Program-made: the position numbers and the translations under genes
DNA from: Verrucomicrobiota bacterium
Lineage (GTDB): Bacteria > Verrucomicrobiota > Verrucomicrobiia > Opitutales > Seribacteraceae
Reading direction: 5' to 3'
Assembly: GCA_027622665.1 (NCBI GenBank)
Contig: JAQBYT010000001.1
Coordinates: 160,001 to 224,000, forward strand
DNA length: 64,000 bases
The notes under the pieces: model-generated
What the model saw: the letters and a program-made list of their open reading frames with translations, nothing else
What the model was told of the DNA's origin: nothing
Database searches by the model: none
Shown here: one piece after another, positions 1-8,513 of the stretch
How positions within the stretch are numbered: the first letter of the stretch is position 1
Layout of the letters: each line of letters starts with the position of its first letter

Positions 1-2
1 CC

Positions 3-710
3 GGCAATACCTTTCACTTTTGCGGCTTTTTTATAGCAATCAATTGCGGCTCTGATATTTCCTTCGCTTTCGAATATGACGCCCAATCTCAAATTAGCTG
101 GACCATGACTTGGGCTTAAACGCAATGTTTGTTCATAGCGTTGCTTTGCAGAAGTATAATCAGATTCTCTAAATATATTCCCTTCGCGATCAGATTTTTC
201 ACCCTTGTCGAGTAATTGGGCAAGATGAAAGCAAGGGCGAGGGTCCTCGGGTAAGAGATCGATCGATATTTCGAGCAAAAGCTTGGCTCTGTCGAAATCG
301 TCAGGGTGTTCCAGAAAAGTTGCGAGCCGAAAATGGGCTTCACCATTAAGGTGGTCTAGGCTAATGACCTTTTCAAGTTGATCAGCCGCACCCTTTATTT
401 GCCCCTTTACCGCAAGAAGCTCTGCCAGTCGAAAACGAGACGCTGAATCAGCGAGATCTCCGGAGGTTGCTTCCAAAAGATGCTTGATTGCCTGCTCTTC
501 CTGTCCTTCATCAATTAATATTTCCGCTAGAGCAAAGTGGGCGGCAGGAACCTCCGTCTCCCCCGCAATCGCTTTTGAAAGGATGTCCTTGGCTTCATCC
601 AAGAGATTTTCTTGCCGGTAGAGATCAGCTAGCGCAAGACGAGCAGCAAGATGGTTGGAGTCAAGGGCGATGGCCTTTTCCAGGTGGCCAAGAGCATCGG
701 GATGAATCAC
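3..710 (-). CDS. TPR-repeat protein (3'-partial, runs off the window; absent from the ORF track); paralog of 729..2360
   Basis: Manual translation from GTG at 710, with GGAG just upstream: VIHPDALGHLEKAIALDSNHLAARLALADLYRQ...AHFRLATFLEHPDDFDRAKLLLEISIDL...ANLRLGVIFESEGNIRAAIDCYKKAAK. No stop before the window edge; typical TPR helix pairs. Confidence 0.85.
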   Translation of the reverse strand, partial: MIHPDALGHLEKAIALDSNHLAARLALADLYRQENLLDEAKDILSKAIAGETEVPAAHFALAEILIDEGQEEQAIKHLLEATSGDLADSASRFRLAELLAVKGQIKGAADQLEKVISLDHLNGEAHFRLATFLEHPDDFDRAKLLLEISIDLLPEDPRPCFHLAQLLDKGEKSDREGNIFRESDYTSAKQRYEQTLRLSPSHGPANLRLGVIFESEGNIRAAIDCYKKAAKVKGIA

Positions 711-728
711 GATCCAACTCCAGTTACA

Positions 729-2360
729 CTATTTTTGCTTAGGGACAGACCGAGACTTTCCCTTGGCTTTTGATTTCGAAGAAGAAATTTCTTTTTTTGC
801 AGAAACAGTTGGTTTGCGAGAAGGACTCGATTTAGGTTTTTGGGCAAGTAAATCTTTGGAGGCGGCAGGATCCATAAGAAGAACAGCCATCCGATAGTGA
901 GCTTCCGAATAGTTGGGATTTATCTTTAGTGCCTCCGAGTAGTGCTTGAACGCATCAGCGTAATTCCGCAACTCGCTGAGCAATAGCCCTAAACGGAAGT
1001 GCGCCTTTGCATACTTTGCGTCAATGTCGATAGCACGACGGAAGTGGTGTTCGGCAATATCCAATTTTGGATCTTTAACCAAGGTAGCATCCGCGGTTAG
1101 CCTTTCACCCCCGGCCTGTATTTTCGCTAACCAGTAGTGACTCTGTGCATGTGTAGGATCGATCTCAATTGCCGTTTCATAGTTGCGTACGGCTTGATCG
1201 TATTCGGCTGGAGTCGTAAGAATGCGTGCAAGATTAAAATAGGCTTCAACATAATTCTGGTCGACGTCCGATGCTTTTTGATAGTGCATCTTGGCCTCGG
1301 TAAGTTCATTGGTGCGTTCAAGATGGCCAGCTAAGTGAAAGTAGGCTAGGGCAAATTCCGGATCGATTTCAAGGGCTCTGTAAAAGTGTTTTTTTGCGGG
1401 TACGGGATCTTCATCCGTAGAGAGCAACCGGGCAAGATGATAGTGAGCGTCCGAGTGCTCGGGATCAAAACCCACCGCTTTTTTAAAATTCTCCAACGCT
1501 TCTTTGTCATTTCCTTCATTGCGAAGAATCAGACCAAGTCGAAAATGGGCAGGAGCATTCTTCTCGTAATGCTTAATGGATTCGATGAAATGCTTTTGGG
1601 CTTGGCCCGAAAGATTTAATTCAACGAGAATATGGGCGAGAAGAAAATGTGCCTTCGAGTATTCCGGATCGATCGATATTGCCTTTTCCAATCTTTCGCG
1701 TGCTTGCTTGAAATCGCCTTCCGCAGAGAGAATCTTTGCTATATTGTAGAGTGCCTTCGGATGGTTTTTTTCAAGCTCCAGAACTCTGATGAAATGATCT
1801 TTGGCTTCAGGCAGATCGGTGGAATCCACGATTACGCCTTCCTTATCCGTAGAGATTCCACCTGAAAGCAGTTTACCCATGTAATACAGGGCGTCGATGA
1901 AGCCCGGACGTATGTCGATGGCGGTTTCAAAATTCTTTCGGGCGTCTTCAAAATCATCCGGGTTGGAGAGCAAGCGAGCTTTATGGTAATAAGCTTCAGC
2001 GTAGTTTTGATCGATTTCCGTTACCTTTTCCAAGTTGTTCTTGGCCTCTTCGACATCTTTTAGCTTAACCAACAGAAGAGCGTAATTAAAGTAGGCGTCG
2101 GCATAGTTGGGATTAATTTCGAGGGCATTAAGAAAATGACTTCTCGATATTTCGTATTCACCTTTGGCAGCGAACGCGACAGCTAGTTCGCACTGGGCTT
2201 CGGCGTAATCGGCACTCAAGGATACGGCTTTTTGAAAATGTCCCCATGCTCCTTCGATGTTTCCTTCGCCTTTTTCAAGAAGACCGAGCTTATAGTATGC
2301 CTCGGCATATTCGGGGTTAATCTCTATTGCTTGTTCTAAGTGTTCACGGGCGGCGTTCAT
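729..2360 (-). CDS. TPR-repeat protein (roughly 14 TPRs) with basic, low-complexity C-terminal tail
   Basis: Repeated 34-aa units such as AEAYYKLGLL...A...FQKAV.L.P.Y; Lys/Ser-rich tail. Confidence 0.9.
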   Translation of the reverse strand: MNAAREHLEQAIEINPEYAEAYYKLGLLEKGEGNIEGAWGHFQKAVSLSADYAEAQCELAVAFAAKGEYEISRSHFLNALEINPNYADAYFNYALLLVKLKDVEEAKNNLEKVTEIDQNYAEAYYHKARLLSNPDDFEDARKNFETAIDIRPGFIDALYYMGKLLSGGISTDKEGVIVDSTDLPEAKDHFIRVLELEKNHPKALYNIAKILSAEGDFKQARERLEKAISIDPEYSKAHFLLAHILVELNLSGQAQKHFIESIKHYEKNAPAHFRLGLILRNEGNDKEALENFKKAVGFDPEHSDAHYHLARLLSTDEDPVPAKKHFYRALEIDPEFALAYFHLAGHLERTNELTEAKMHYQKASDVDQNYVEAYFNLARILTTPAEYDQAVRNYETAIEIDPTHAQSHYWLAKIQAGGERLTADATLVKDPKLDIAEHHFRRAIDIDAKYAKAHFRLGLLLSELRNYADAFKHYSEALKINPNYSEAHYRMAVLLMDPAASKDLLAQKPKSSPSRKPTVSAKKEISSSKSKAKGKSRSVPKQK

Positions 2361-2414
2361 AACGTCGTATCGAAGGCAATGGGTTTTTGAGGCCGACGGA
2401 GTTCGGGTTCGGTC

Positions 2415-4703
2415 TTATTTGGAGGTCATTACCCAAACGCCATCCCAATCACCTTTAGGGGGAGTTTTCTTCATATGAGCGCAACGGTCAATGTAGAGTT
2501 GAGCAGCCTTGTCTTCAGGGTTGATCTTAAGCACATTCTTGAAAAGCTTGGCGCTCTGGTCCCATTTGCCATCGTTCCAGCAACGATGACCATCGTTAAA
2601 GGTGCCGAGGGCATCAACTAGATTTGGGTAGGATTCTTCGTCGTGGTAGTCGAGCACTTCGTACACACCGACCGGCTGGGTCTTGCCCTTGACTATTACA
2701 TAGTCCACCTGCCGAGTCCGATAAGTGGCTTTGACCGCCCTGAGGGTGAACTCACTTATTAGGATATGGGCACCGTATTGCTTGCATGCACTTTCGATAC
2801 GAGCCGCCAAGTTCACTCCGTCACCAATCACAGTGTAGTCCATGCGCTTTGGGGAACCAATGTTTCCGGAAACGATGGAGTCGGTGTTGATACCCATACC
2901 GTGATCAATCGGCAACTTGCCTTCGGCGGCTCGCTGGTCGTTGTAGACCTTCAAGTCGGTCATCATGCGGATGGCGGCCCGCACGGCCCGGTCGGGGTCG
3001 TCGTCGTGAGCAACGGGGGTGCCGAAGATACACATCATCGCGTCGCCAATAAACTTATCGAGCATGCCACCTTCATCGGTGATGCAGTCGACCATGATGG
3101 TGAAGTACTCATTGAGGAGCTTAACCGTACCTTGAGCTCCGAGTTCTTCGGTAATGGTGGTAAAACTGCGTATATCCGAGAAGAGAACCGAGCCAACGCT
3201 CTGCTTTCCGCCGAGAAAATCGTCGCTGTGGCCTCCGTCCATTAACTGATCAGCCAATTCGGGATCCATGTAGCGTGACATGGTAGACTTCATTCGTTTC
3301 TCAGAACTAATGTCTTCGATCATGGCCATCGCCCCGAGCACTTCCTTCTTTTCTCCTAGCAGGGGCATTATGGAGACATTTACAGACAGTTTCTCACCCT
3401 CAATCTGCAGTTCGGCATCAAGAAATTCATCCTTTTCAGTTACATCTTTAAGTTTTTCGGCGAGCCAAGTATTTGAGTTGGTGAAGAAATCGTCTGCACT
3501 TTTGCCTATCACTTCGGAGATGATGGGAACTTTAAAGATGCGCATCCCCGAAAGGTTACAAGTCTTGATTACACCTTCATCGTCTAGGGTAATGACCGCA
3601 TCCTGCATACTCGAAAGAATACTCTCCGAATAATTTTGCTGGGTCTGCACATCGGCGAACAGTTTAGCGTTCTCAATCCCCATAGAAATTTGAGACGTGA
3701 AAGCGGCTAACCGTTTTTCGTCTTCTGAATTGAAGGAACCGCCCCGCTTATTCAGTACTTGGCTAACGCCTATGGTTTTACCTTCTTTATTAAAAACTGG
3801 CATACACAGCATGGAACGCGTAAAGAACCCCGTCTGCTTATCGAAACCAGGATTGAAACGTAGATCTGCATAAGCATGTGGAATGTTCACGGGTTTTGCA
3901 GAATTGAGAACGGTGCCTGCAATACCCATATGATTCGGAAATCGAATCACCGATTTTTCATCCAATCCTTCGCCAACCTCGGTATAGAGCTCGTTTGTTT
4001 TTTCATCATTGATAAAAAGTGTAGCCCTTTCGCAATCAAGCATCTTGGAAATGGTGCATATTATCTTTTGCAATAGGGGAGTGAGCTCCAACTCAGAAGA
4101 TACTTGTGAGACAATGTCGAGAAATTCCAACTCTTGCTTCCGAGCTGCTTCAATTTGCTCAACTATTATGTTTCCCTGAATTGCTATGGCAGCTTGCTCC
4201 GTCATAGCCTCGAGAAGATCGAGGTCGTCCTGAGAGAATTGACCGTCAATTTTGTTGAGAATTTGCGACACGCCAATTTTATCACCACGGACCGTTCGAA
4301 GCGGAGCGCAGAGAATACTTTTCGTTCTAAACCCCGTCCTGACGTCGACGGCTTTGTTGAACCGCTCGTCCTTGTAAGCATCGTGGATGATCACGCCCTG
4401 ATCATGAGAAAAGGCCCAACCGGCAACTCCCTTTGTATTAAGAATACGAATTTCTCGACGGAAGTTCCCTTGAGCCACCCGAGAATACAGCTCGCCCGTG
4501 GCATCGTCATTAAGGAAAATGGTACCTCTCTCGGCTCCAATGGTGGGGGTCGTAATGTTCACCAATGTCTCAAGTGCTTCGTCCAGCGAATTTGTTTGAG
4601 CAAGATCATTAGTAACTTGGAGCAGCATTTTTGCAAATCGCTCCGTTCGTTTTACGCGTGCGGCGCGATCTGCGTCTTTGACCGCTTTACTTTTAGTTTC
4701 CAT
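2415..4703 (-). CDS. Class III adenylate cyclase, GAF-GAF-PAS-cyclase-TPR architecture (CyaB1/CyaB2-like)
   Basis: Two GAF domains with NK-F-D(E) motifs (NKIDGQFSQDD, NKRGGSFNSEDE); PAS region (DAVITLDDEGVIKTCN); catalytic motifs FSDIRSFT, DKFIGDA, DYTVIGDGVNLAARIE, VKGK; C-terminal single TPR. Confidence 0.92.
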   Translation of the reverse strand: METKSKAVKDADRAARVKRTERFAKMLLQVTNDLAQTNSLDEALETLVNITTPTIGAERGTIFLNDDATGELYSRVAQGNFRREIRILNTKGVAGWAFSHDQGVIIHDAYKDERFNKAVDVRTGFRTKSILCAPLRTVRGDKIGVSQILNKIDGQFSQDDLDLLEAMTEQAAIAIQGNIIVEQIEAARKQELEFLDIVSQVSSELELTPLLQKIICTISKMLDCERATLFINDEKTNELYTEVGEGLDEKSVIRFPNHMGIAGTVLNSAKPVNIPHAYADLRFNPGFDKQTGFFTRSMLCMPVFNKEGKTIGVSQVLNKRGGSFNSEDEKRLAAFTSQISMGIENAKLFADVQTQQNYSESILSSMQDAVITLDDEGVIKTCNLSGMRIFKVPIISEVIGKSADDFFTNSNTWLAEKLKDVTEKDEFLDAELQIEGEKLSVNVSIMPLLGEKKEVLGAMAMIEDISSEKRMKSTMSRYMDPELADQLMDGGHSDDFLGGKQSVGSVLFSDIRSFTTITEELGAQGTVKLLNEYFTIMVDCITDEGGMLDKFIGDAMMCIFGTPVAHDDDPDRAVRAAIRMMTDLKVYNDQRAAEGKLPIDHGMGINTDSIVSGNIGSPKRMDYTVIGDGVNLAARIESACKQYGAHILISEFTLRAVKATYRTRQVDYVIVKGKTQPVGVYEVLDYHDEESYPNLVDALGTFNDGHRCWNDGKWDQSAKLFKNVLKINPEDKAAQLYIDRCAHMKKTPPKGDWDGVWVMTSK

Positions 4704-6852
4704 GACTCTTTTCTAGTTCATCTCTTAGCTCGACAATGGTTTCTTGCAGTTGCTTGAATTCCATTGTCTTAAGTTGATTTTCCTGCTGAATTTTTTCATC
4801 GTGTAAATTGCCTTTGAGTTCAAGCTCATCTCGAAGCGCATTAACGATGCGTTTAAAGTGAGTAACCTCTCCGTGCTCGGAGGCAACAGCTTTTTGCACC
4901 GCCTCCTCCCGGATAACTTCTGCCCGCTCAAGTTCAAGCCGCAAAGACGCGACGTTCTCTCGAAGGCTTCTCAACTCCGAGGAAGTCTCCGCGATAGCCC
5001 TCTGGACAGATTCTTCACGACCTGATTGTATACGGTCAATTTGATCCCGCAAGGCTCTGGCGGTACTCTTGAGTTGCGTCAGTTCTTTACCTGCCGATGC
5101 AGAAGCCTTCTGAACGGCATCTTCGCGTTCAATGTCTTTACGTTCCAATTCTTCGCGCAATTGAGCTATGTTCACTTTGAGAACACGAGTTTCATTCCCC
5201 CCCCGTACATGAGCTTGCTGAACAGCTGAATCTTTCTCTTGTCCTGCCTGCTCCAACCGGTCTCGTGTAATGGCAAGACTTTCCCGCAATTGGCGAATTT
5301 CAGTAACTGCCGCAGCTTCGACTTGCTGAACGCGGGCGGCTTCTCGTACACTTGCCCCATCCAGCTCCTCCCTTAGAGAGGTGGCGGTGTCCCTCAGCGA
5401 CCTGATCTCTCTTTCCGATGTAGCAACTGCAGATTGTACTCGTTCCTCCTGCCTCGCCTGTGCCTTTTCCAGCTGATCCCTAATGGCCTGAAGTGATTTT
5501 TTGAAATGTTGAACTTCTCCGTGGGCAGTGGCCATCGCTTTTTGCACACTGTCCATTTCGTGAGCCTGAGCATTGTCGAGTTCTTCTCGCAAAGCGGTAC
5601 AAGTGGATTTGAGGGAGCGTATCTCGTTTTCCGCAACGACCACCGCTTTCTGGACTCGACCTTCTTTATTTGCTTTTGATTTCTCCAGTTGGTCTCGCAA
5701 TGCAGAAAGAGAGGCTTTGAGTTGGCGCATCTCGTTATTGTGAGAGGATACTGCCCGCTGAACGGTCTGTGCCTCATTGATGGCGGCTTGCTCAAGTTCG
5801 ACTCGAAGACTAGTTGCTGTTTCTCTTAACGAACGTATTTCGGCCTCGGCGGTGGCAACCGCTCTTTGTATTTTATCCCCCTCTCTGGCTTTAGCTCGTT
5901 CTAGATGTTCGCGAGCAATCAATAAAGCGCTTTTTAATTGTCGAATCTCGTCCCCCGAAGCAGAAATGGCTTTTTGAATACTGTCCGCCTCCCTTGACGC
6001 CGCATAGTCAAGTTCCTGCCTCAAGTTAGTGGCGGTTTCCTTTAATGAACTGATTTCTGTGTTCGCGGTCGCCACTGCCCGCTGAATCCGGTCATCACCA
6101 TCCGCCTTAGAGCGTTCGAGCCTATCTCTAACCACGACAAGGGCACTTTTTAGTTGTCGAATTTCTCCCTCTGCCGCGGAAGAAGCTTTACGAGTAGCCT
6201 CATCTTCTCGAACACGCGATTGCTCAAGTTCCTCTCGCAAAGAGATGAGACTTTCCTTCAGCGAGCGGATTTCGACACCAGCCGTCGCCGTCGTTTTTTG
6301 GACTCTTTCATCTTGCTCTATTTTGGCACGTCCCAATTGTTCACGCAAGGCTTGGGATGTCTCTCGAAGTTGCCGAATTTCATTTTGCGTAGATGAAGCC
6401 GCCTTTTGCAAGGATTCATCTTTGTCTGCACTCGCCCTATCTAACTCTTCCCGAAGTTTTTGCAGGTTGGTCTTTAATTGGCGATTTTCGCCTGCCGACG
6501 AAGCCGTCGCCTTTTGAAGATTTTCTTGTTCTTTGGATTTTGTTCGTTCGAACTGCTCTCGTAATGTAGTGACAGTCTCACGGAGTTGGCGACTTTCTTC
6601 ACGATCAGTTGCTGCGATTTTCTGTCGTTCTCCGTCCAATTCTATGCGACTTTGCTCCAACAGGTCTCGCAGTTCAAGAGCGGTAATCTTGAGTTGGTCG
6701 ATTTCACGCCGAGAATCCATATTTGCTTGCTGCAAACATTCTTCCCGAAAAGCCTCAGCCTTTTCCAATTCATCCCGAAAAGCCAGAATCGTTTGCTTGA
6801 GAAAACGATTCTCCTTTGCCGACAGATGTTCGGTAGATTCTATCTCCGGCAT
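4693..6852 (-). CDS. Long alpha-helical/coiled-coil protein built of ~20 tandem 36-aa repeats; function unknown
   Basis: Consensus Q(K/R)A..A...EIR(Q/S)L(K/R).....LR.ELE.......E.V recurs every 36 aa without indels. ATG at 6852 preferred over TTG at 6903. Stop overlaps the cyclase start by 11 bp. Confidence 0.85.
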   Translation of the reverse strand: MPEIESTEHLSAKENRFLKQTILAFRDELEKAEAFREECLQQANMDSRREIDQLKITALELRDLLEQSRIELDGERQKIAATDREESRQLRETVTTLREQFERTKSKEQENLQKATASSAGENRQLKTNLQKLREELDRASADKDESLQKAASSTQNEIRQLRETSQALREQLGRAKIEQDERVQKTTATAGVEIRSLKESLISLREELEQSRVREDEATRKASSAAEGEIRQLKSALVVVRDRLERSKADGDDRIQRAVATANTEISSLKETATNLRQELDYAASREADSIQKAISASGDEIRQLKSALLIAREHLERAKAREGDKIQRAVATAEAEIRSLRETATSLRVELEQAAINEAQTVQRAVSSHNNEMRQLKASLSALRDQLEKSKANKEGRVQKAVVVAENEIRSLKSTCTALREELDNAQAHEMDSVQKAMATAHGEVQHFKKSLQAIRDQLEKAQARQEERVQSAVATSEREIRSLRDTATSLREELDGASVREAARVQQVEAAAVTEIRQLRESLAITRDRLEQAGQEKDSAVQQAHVRGGNETRVLKVNIAQLREELERKDIEREDAVQKASASAGKELTQLKSTARALRDQIDRIQSGREESVQRAIAETSSELRSLRENVASLRLELERAEVIREEAVQKAVASEHGEVTHFKRIVNALRDELELKGNLHDEKIQQENQLKTMEFKQLQETIVELRDELEKSHGN

Positions 6853-6914
6853 CAGCAATTGGGTTTGCCTTGATACAAGCACATGGGGAAAGTGATTAGA
6901 CAACTAGAACTTAC

Positions 6915-6967
6915 CGTCAAGTTTGTAAAGATTAATATTGACTCATGCATTTAGGGTTGCCTACACA
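6915..6967. promoter_or_regulatory. Back-to-back sigma70-like -35 elements for the divergent genes
   Basis: GTCAA (6916-6920) -N17- TTGAC (6938-6942) in an AT-rich divergent intergenic gap; the -10 matches are weak. Confidence 0.3.
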
Positions 6968-7022
6968 CGATTTCTTTCAGTAATTCAATCCATGTGCTCC
7001 TCTCCCCTAGAGTCACGCTCCA

Positions 7023-8384
7023 ATGAAAGCTCGCGATAACACTCCCTTTGCCTGTACCTTCTTAGCACTGGTTTTTTTCCTTGTTTCCTGTGGAGATGAT
7101 CATGCTGGCGACAATCACTCCAGTTCAGGTCACGATAGTGACTCACATGAACCCAAGTCTCAAGAAAATCTGCTCGCCATGCTTGAAGATACCGATTCCC
7201 CTCATGGCGAGACTAGTGTTCATGCGCCCATTTCCGACAAACATGAAACCACAGAATCCGTCGGTCATACGTCATCGAGTTCTCCAGACGACCTGGAAGC
7301 TCTTTTAGGCGGTGCCCCTCCAGTGGCAGGTGAGCCTGCTCATGGAGCAGAGAGCAACAATCTCGGACAACTGATAAAGCCGACAAGCGCAGCCACACAT
7401 ACGGAGGCCACGAAAGGTTTATATCCTTCCCTTGATCAGGATCTTGAAGATTTGCTTTCAAAGCTCAACAACAGTAAATTGGCTTTTGAAGAACAAATTG
7501 GCACACTGGATAAAATGGTCGAGCAACGGGATGACAGGATCAACAGCCTCAAGCTCATTAATCAGCAATTACGCGACGAATTAAACCGTCTTAGGAAAAC
7601 TAGTCCCGGAGAATCGGGAAACCTGCCTATAAATGGTGAAATTCAAGTCTTAAGTGATGATCTACTCAAATTAAAGAATACCTTTACGCTTAAAGTAAAA
7701 GAACTTGATGAACTTCGTGAATATAACAAAGAACTACTCAACAGGCTCGACAATTCAGAACCAGCGGTAAAAAGAAACATTGCTTCCTCACCGCCTGCCA
7801 ATGTCAACCCTACCGGAGAGCCAACAAATGTTGCAACTCCTGACGATAGCCTCGACAAATTGCTGCCCGACCTGCCAGTAGTTGCTCCCCGCTATAGTTC
7901 AGGGAAGGCGTTGCCCATGTCACTACCAACAGGATCTCTCGATTTCGATGCCGTAGTTACGGCCGCAAACGGCAAGATCAAAGAAGCCTTTTATACTGAA
8001 TTTTTCATAGCGAAATCCGATTTGCGCGAAATTCTTGAGAACGCCGGCATCAATCTAGGTAATCCCAAATACAAGAATATTTCATCTCATGCAGAGCTTT
8101 GGGCTCAAAGTCGCAAATATCCTTTTCGTTACCCTGACCTTCAAAAGAAAATACGAAAGGCTCTGCTTGACTCCATCGATGACGAGAAAGATCCAGGTCG
8201 CCGTATCCGCACGGATATTGACGGAAACTCGGGTGCAATCCGCACTCTTACAGCTGGCGGTTACTATATTATAGGCACAGCCTCGCTTGGGCAGGTGGGG
8301 GTAACTTGGTCGGTACCCGTTAAGGTGAAATCTGGACGCAATAAGGTTTCTCTTACGATTGCAAATGCATCGTGGAGTCTCTAA
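7023..8384 (+). CDS. Putative lipoprotein: disordered His/Ser-rich N-terminus, central coiled coil, C-terminal beta-rich domain
   Basis: Signal peptide with lipobox LVSC; heptad region LEDLLSKLNNSK...LRDELNRL; C-terminal RTDIDGN...YYIIG...VTWSVPVKV. Confidence 0.75.
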   Translation: MKARDNTPFACTFLALVFFLVSCGDDHAGDNHSSSGHDSDSHEPKSQENLLAMLEDTDSPHGETSVHAPISDKHETTESVGHTSSSSPDDLEALLGGAPPVAGEPAHGAESNNLGQLIKPTSAATHTEATKGLYPSLDQDLEDLLSKLNNSKLAFEEQIGTLDKMVEQRDDRINSLKLINQQLRDELNRLRKTSPGESGNLPINGEIQVLSDDLLKLKNTFTLKVKELDELREYNKELLNRLDNSEPAVKRNIASSPPANVNPTGEPTNVATPDDSLDKLLPDLPVVAPRYSSGKALPMSLPTGSLDFDAVVTAANGKIKEAFYTEFFIAKSDLREILENAGINLGNPKYKNISSHAELWAQSRKYPFRYPDLQKKIRKALLDSIDDEKDPGRRIRTDIDGNSGAIRTLTAGGYYIIGTASLGQVGVTWSVPVKVKSGRNKVSLTIANASWSL

Positions 8385-8513
8385 TCATCGTGTTGTAGCT
8401 GGATCTTGCCTTATGAAATTAGATGTTGCACACTCTGTCGAAACCTCCTCTAACTTCGGCATATTCTTCTCACTAGCCTCATTTTGCGGCACAACCCTTC
8501 TCCTTACTTTGCC

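Noticed and set aside
116..742. Track ORFs 116..346 (-) and 488..742 (+)
   Set aside because: Both overlap the TPR gene 3..710, in another frame or on the other strand.
3..6852. Anti-phage cyclic-nucleotide defence system (Pycsar/CBASS-like)
   Set aside because: The cyclase has a sensory GAF-GAF-PAS layout with ATP-specifying residues, and no CNBD, TIR, TM or nuclease effector is visible in the window.
4693..6903. SMC/chromosome-segregation or myosin-like label for the coiled-coil protein
   Set aside because: No Walker A/B, hinge or head domains; the strict 36-aa repeat covers the whole length.
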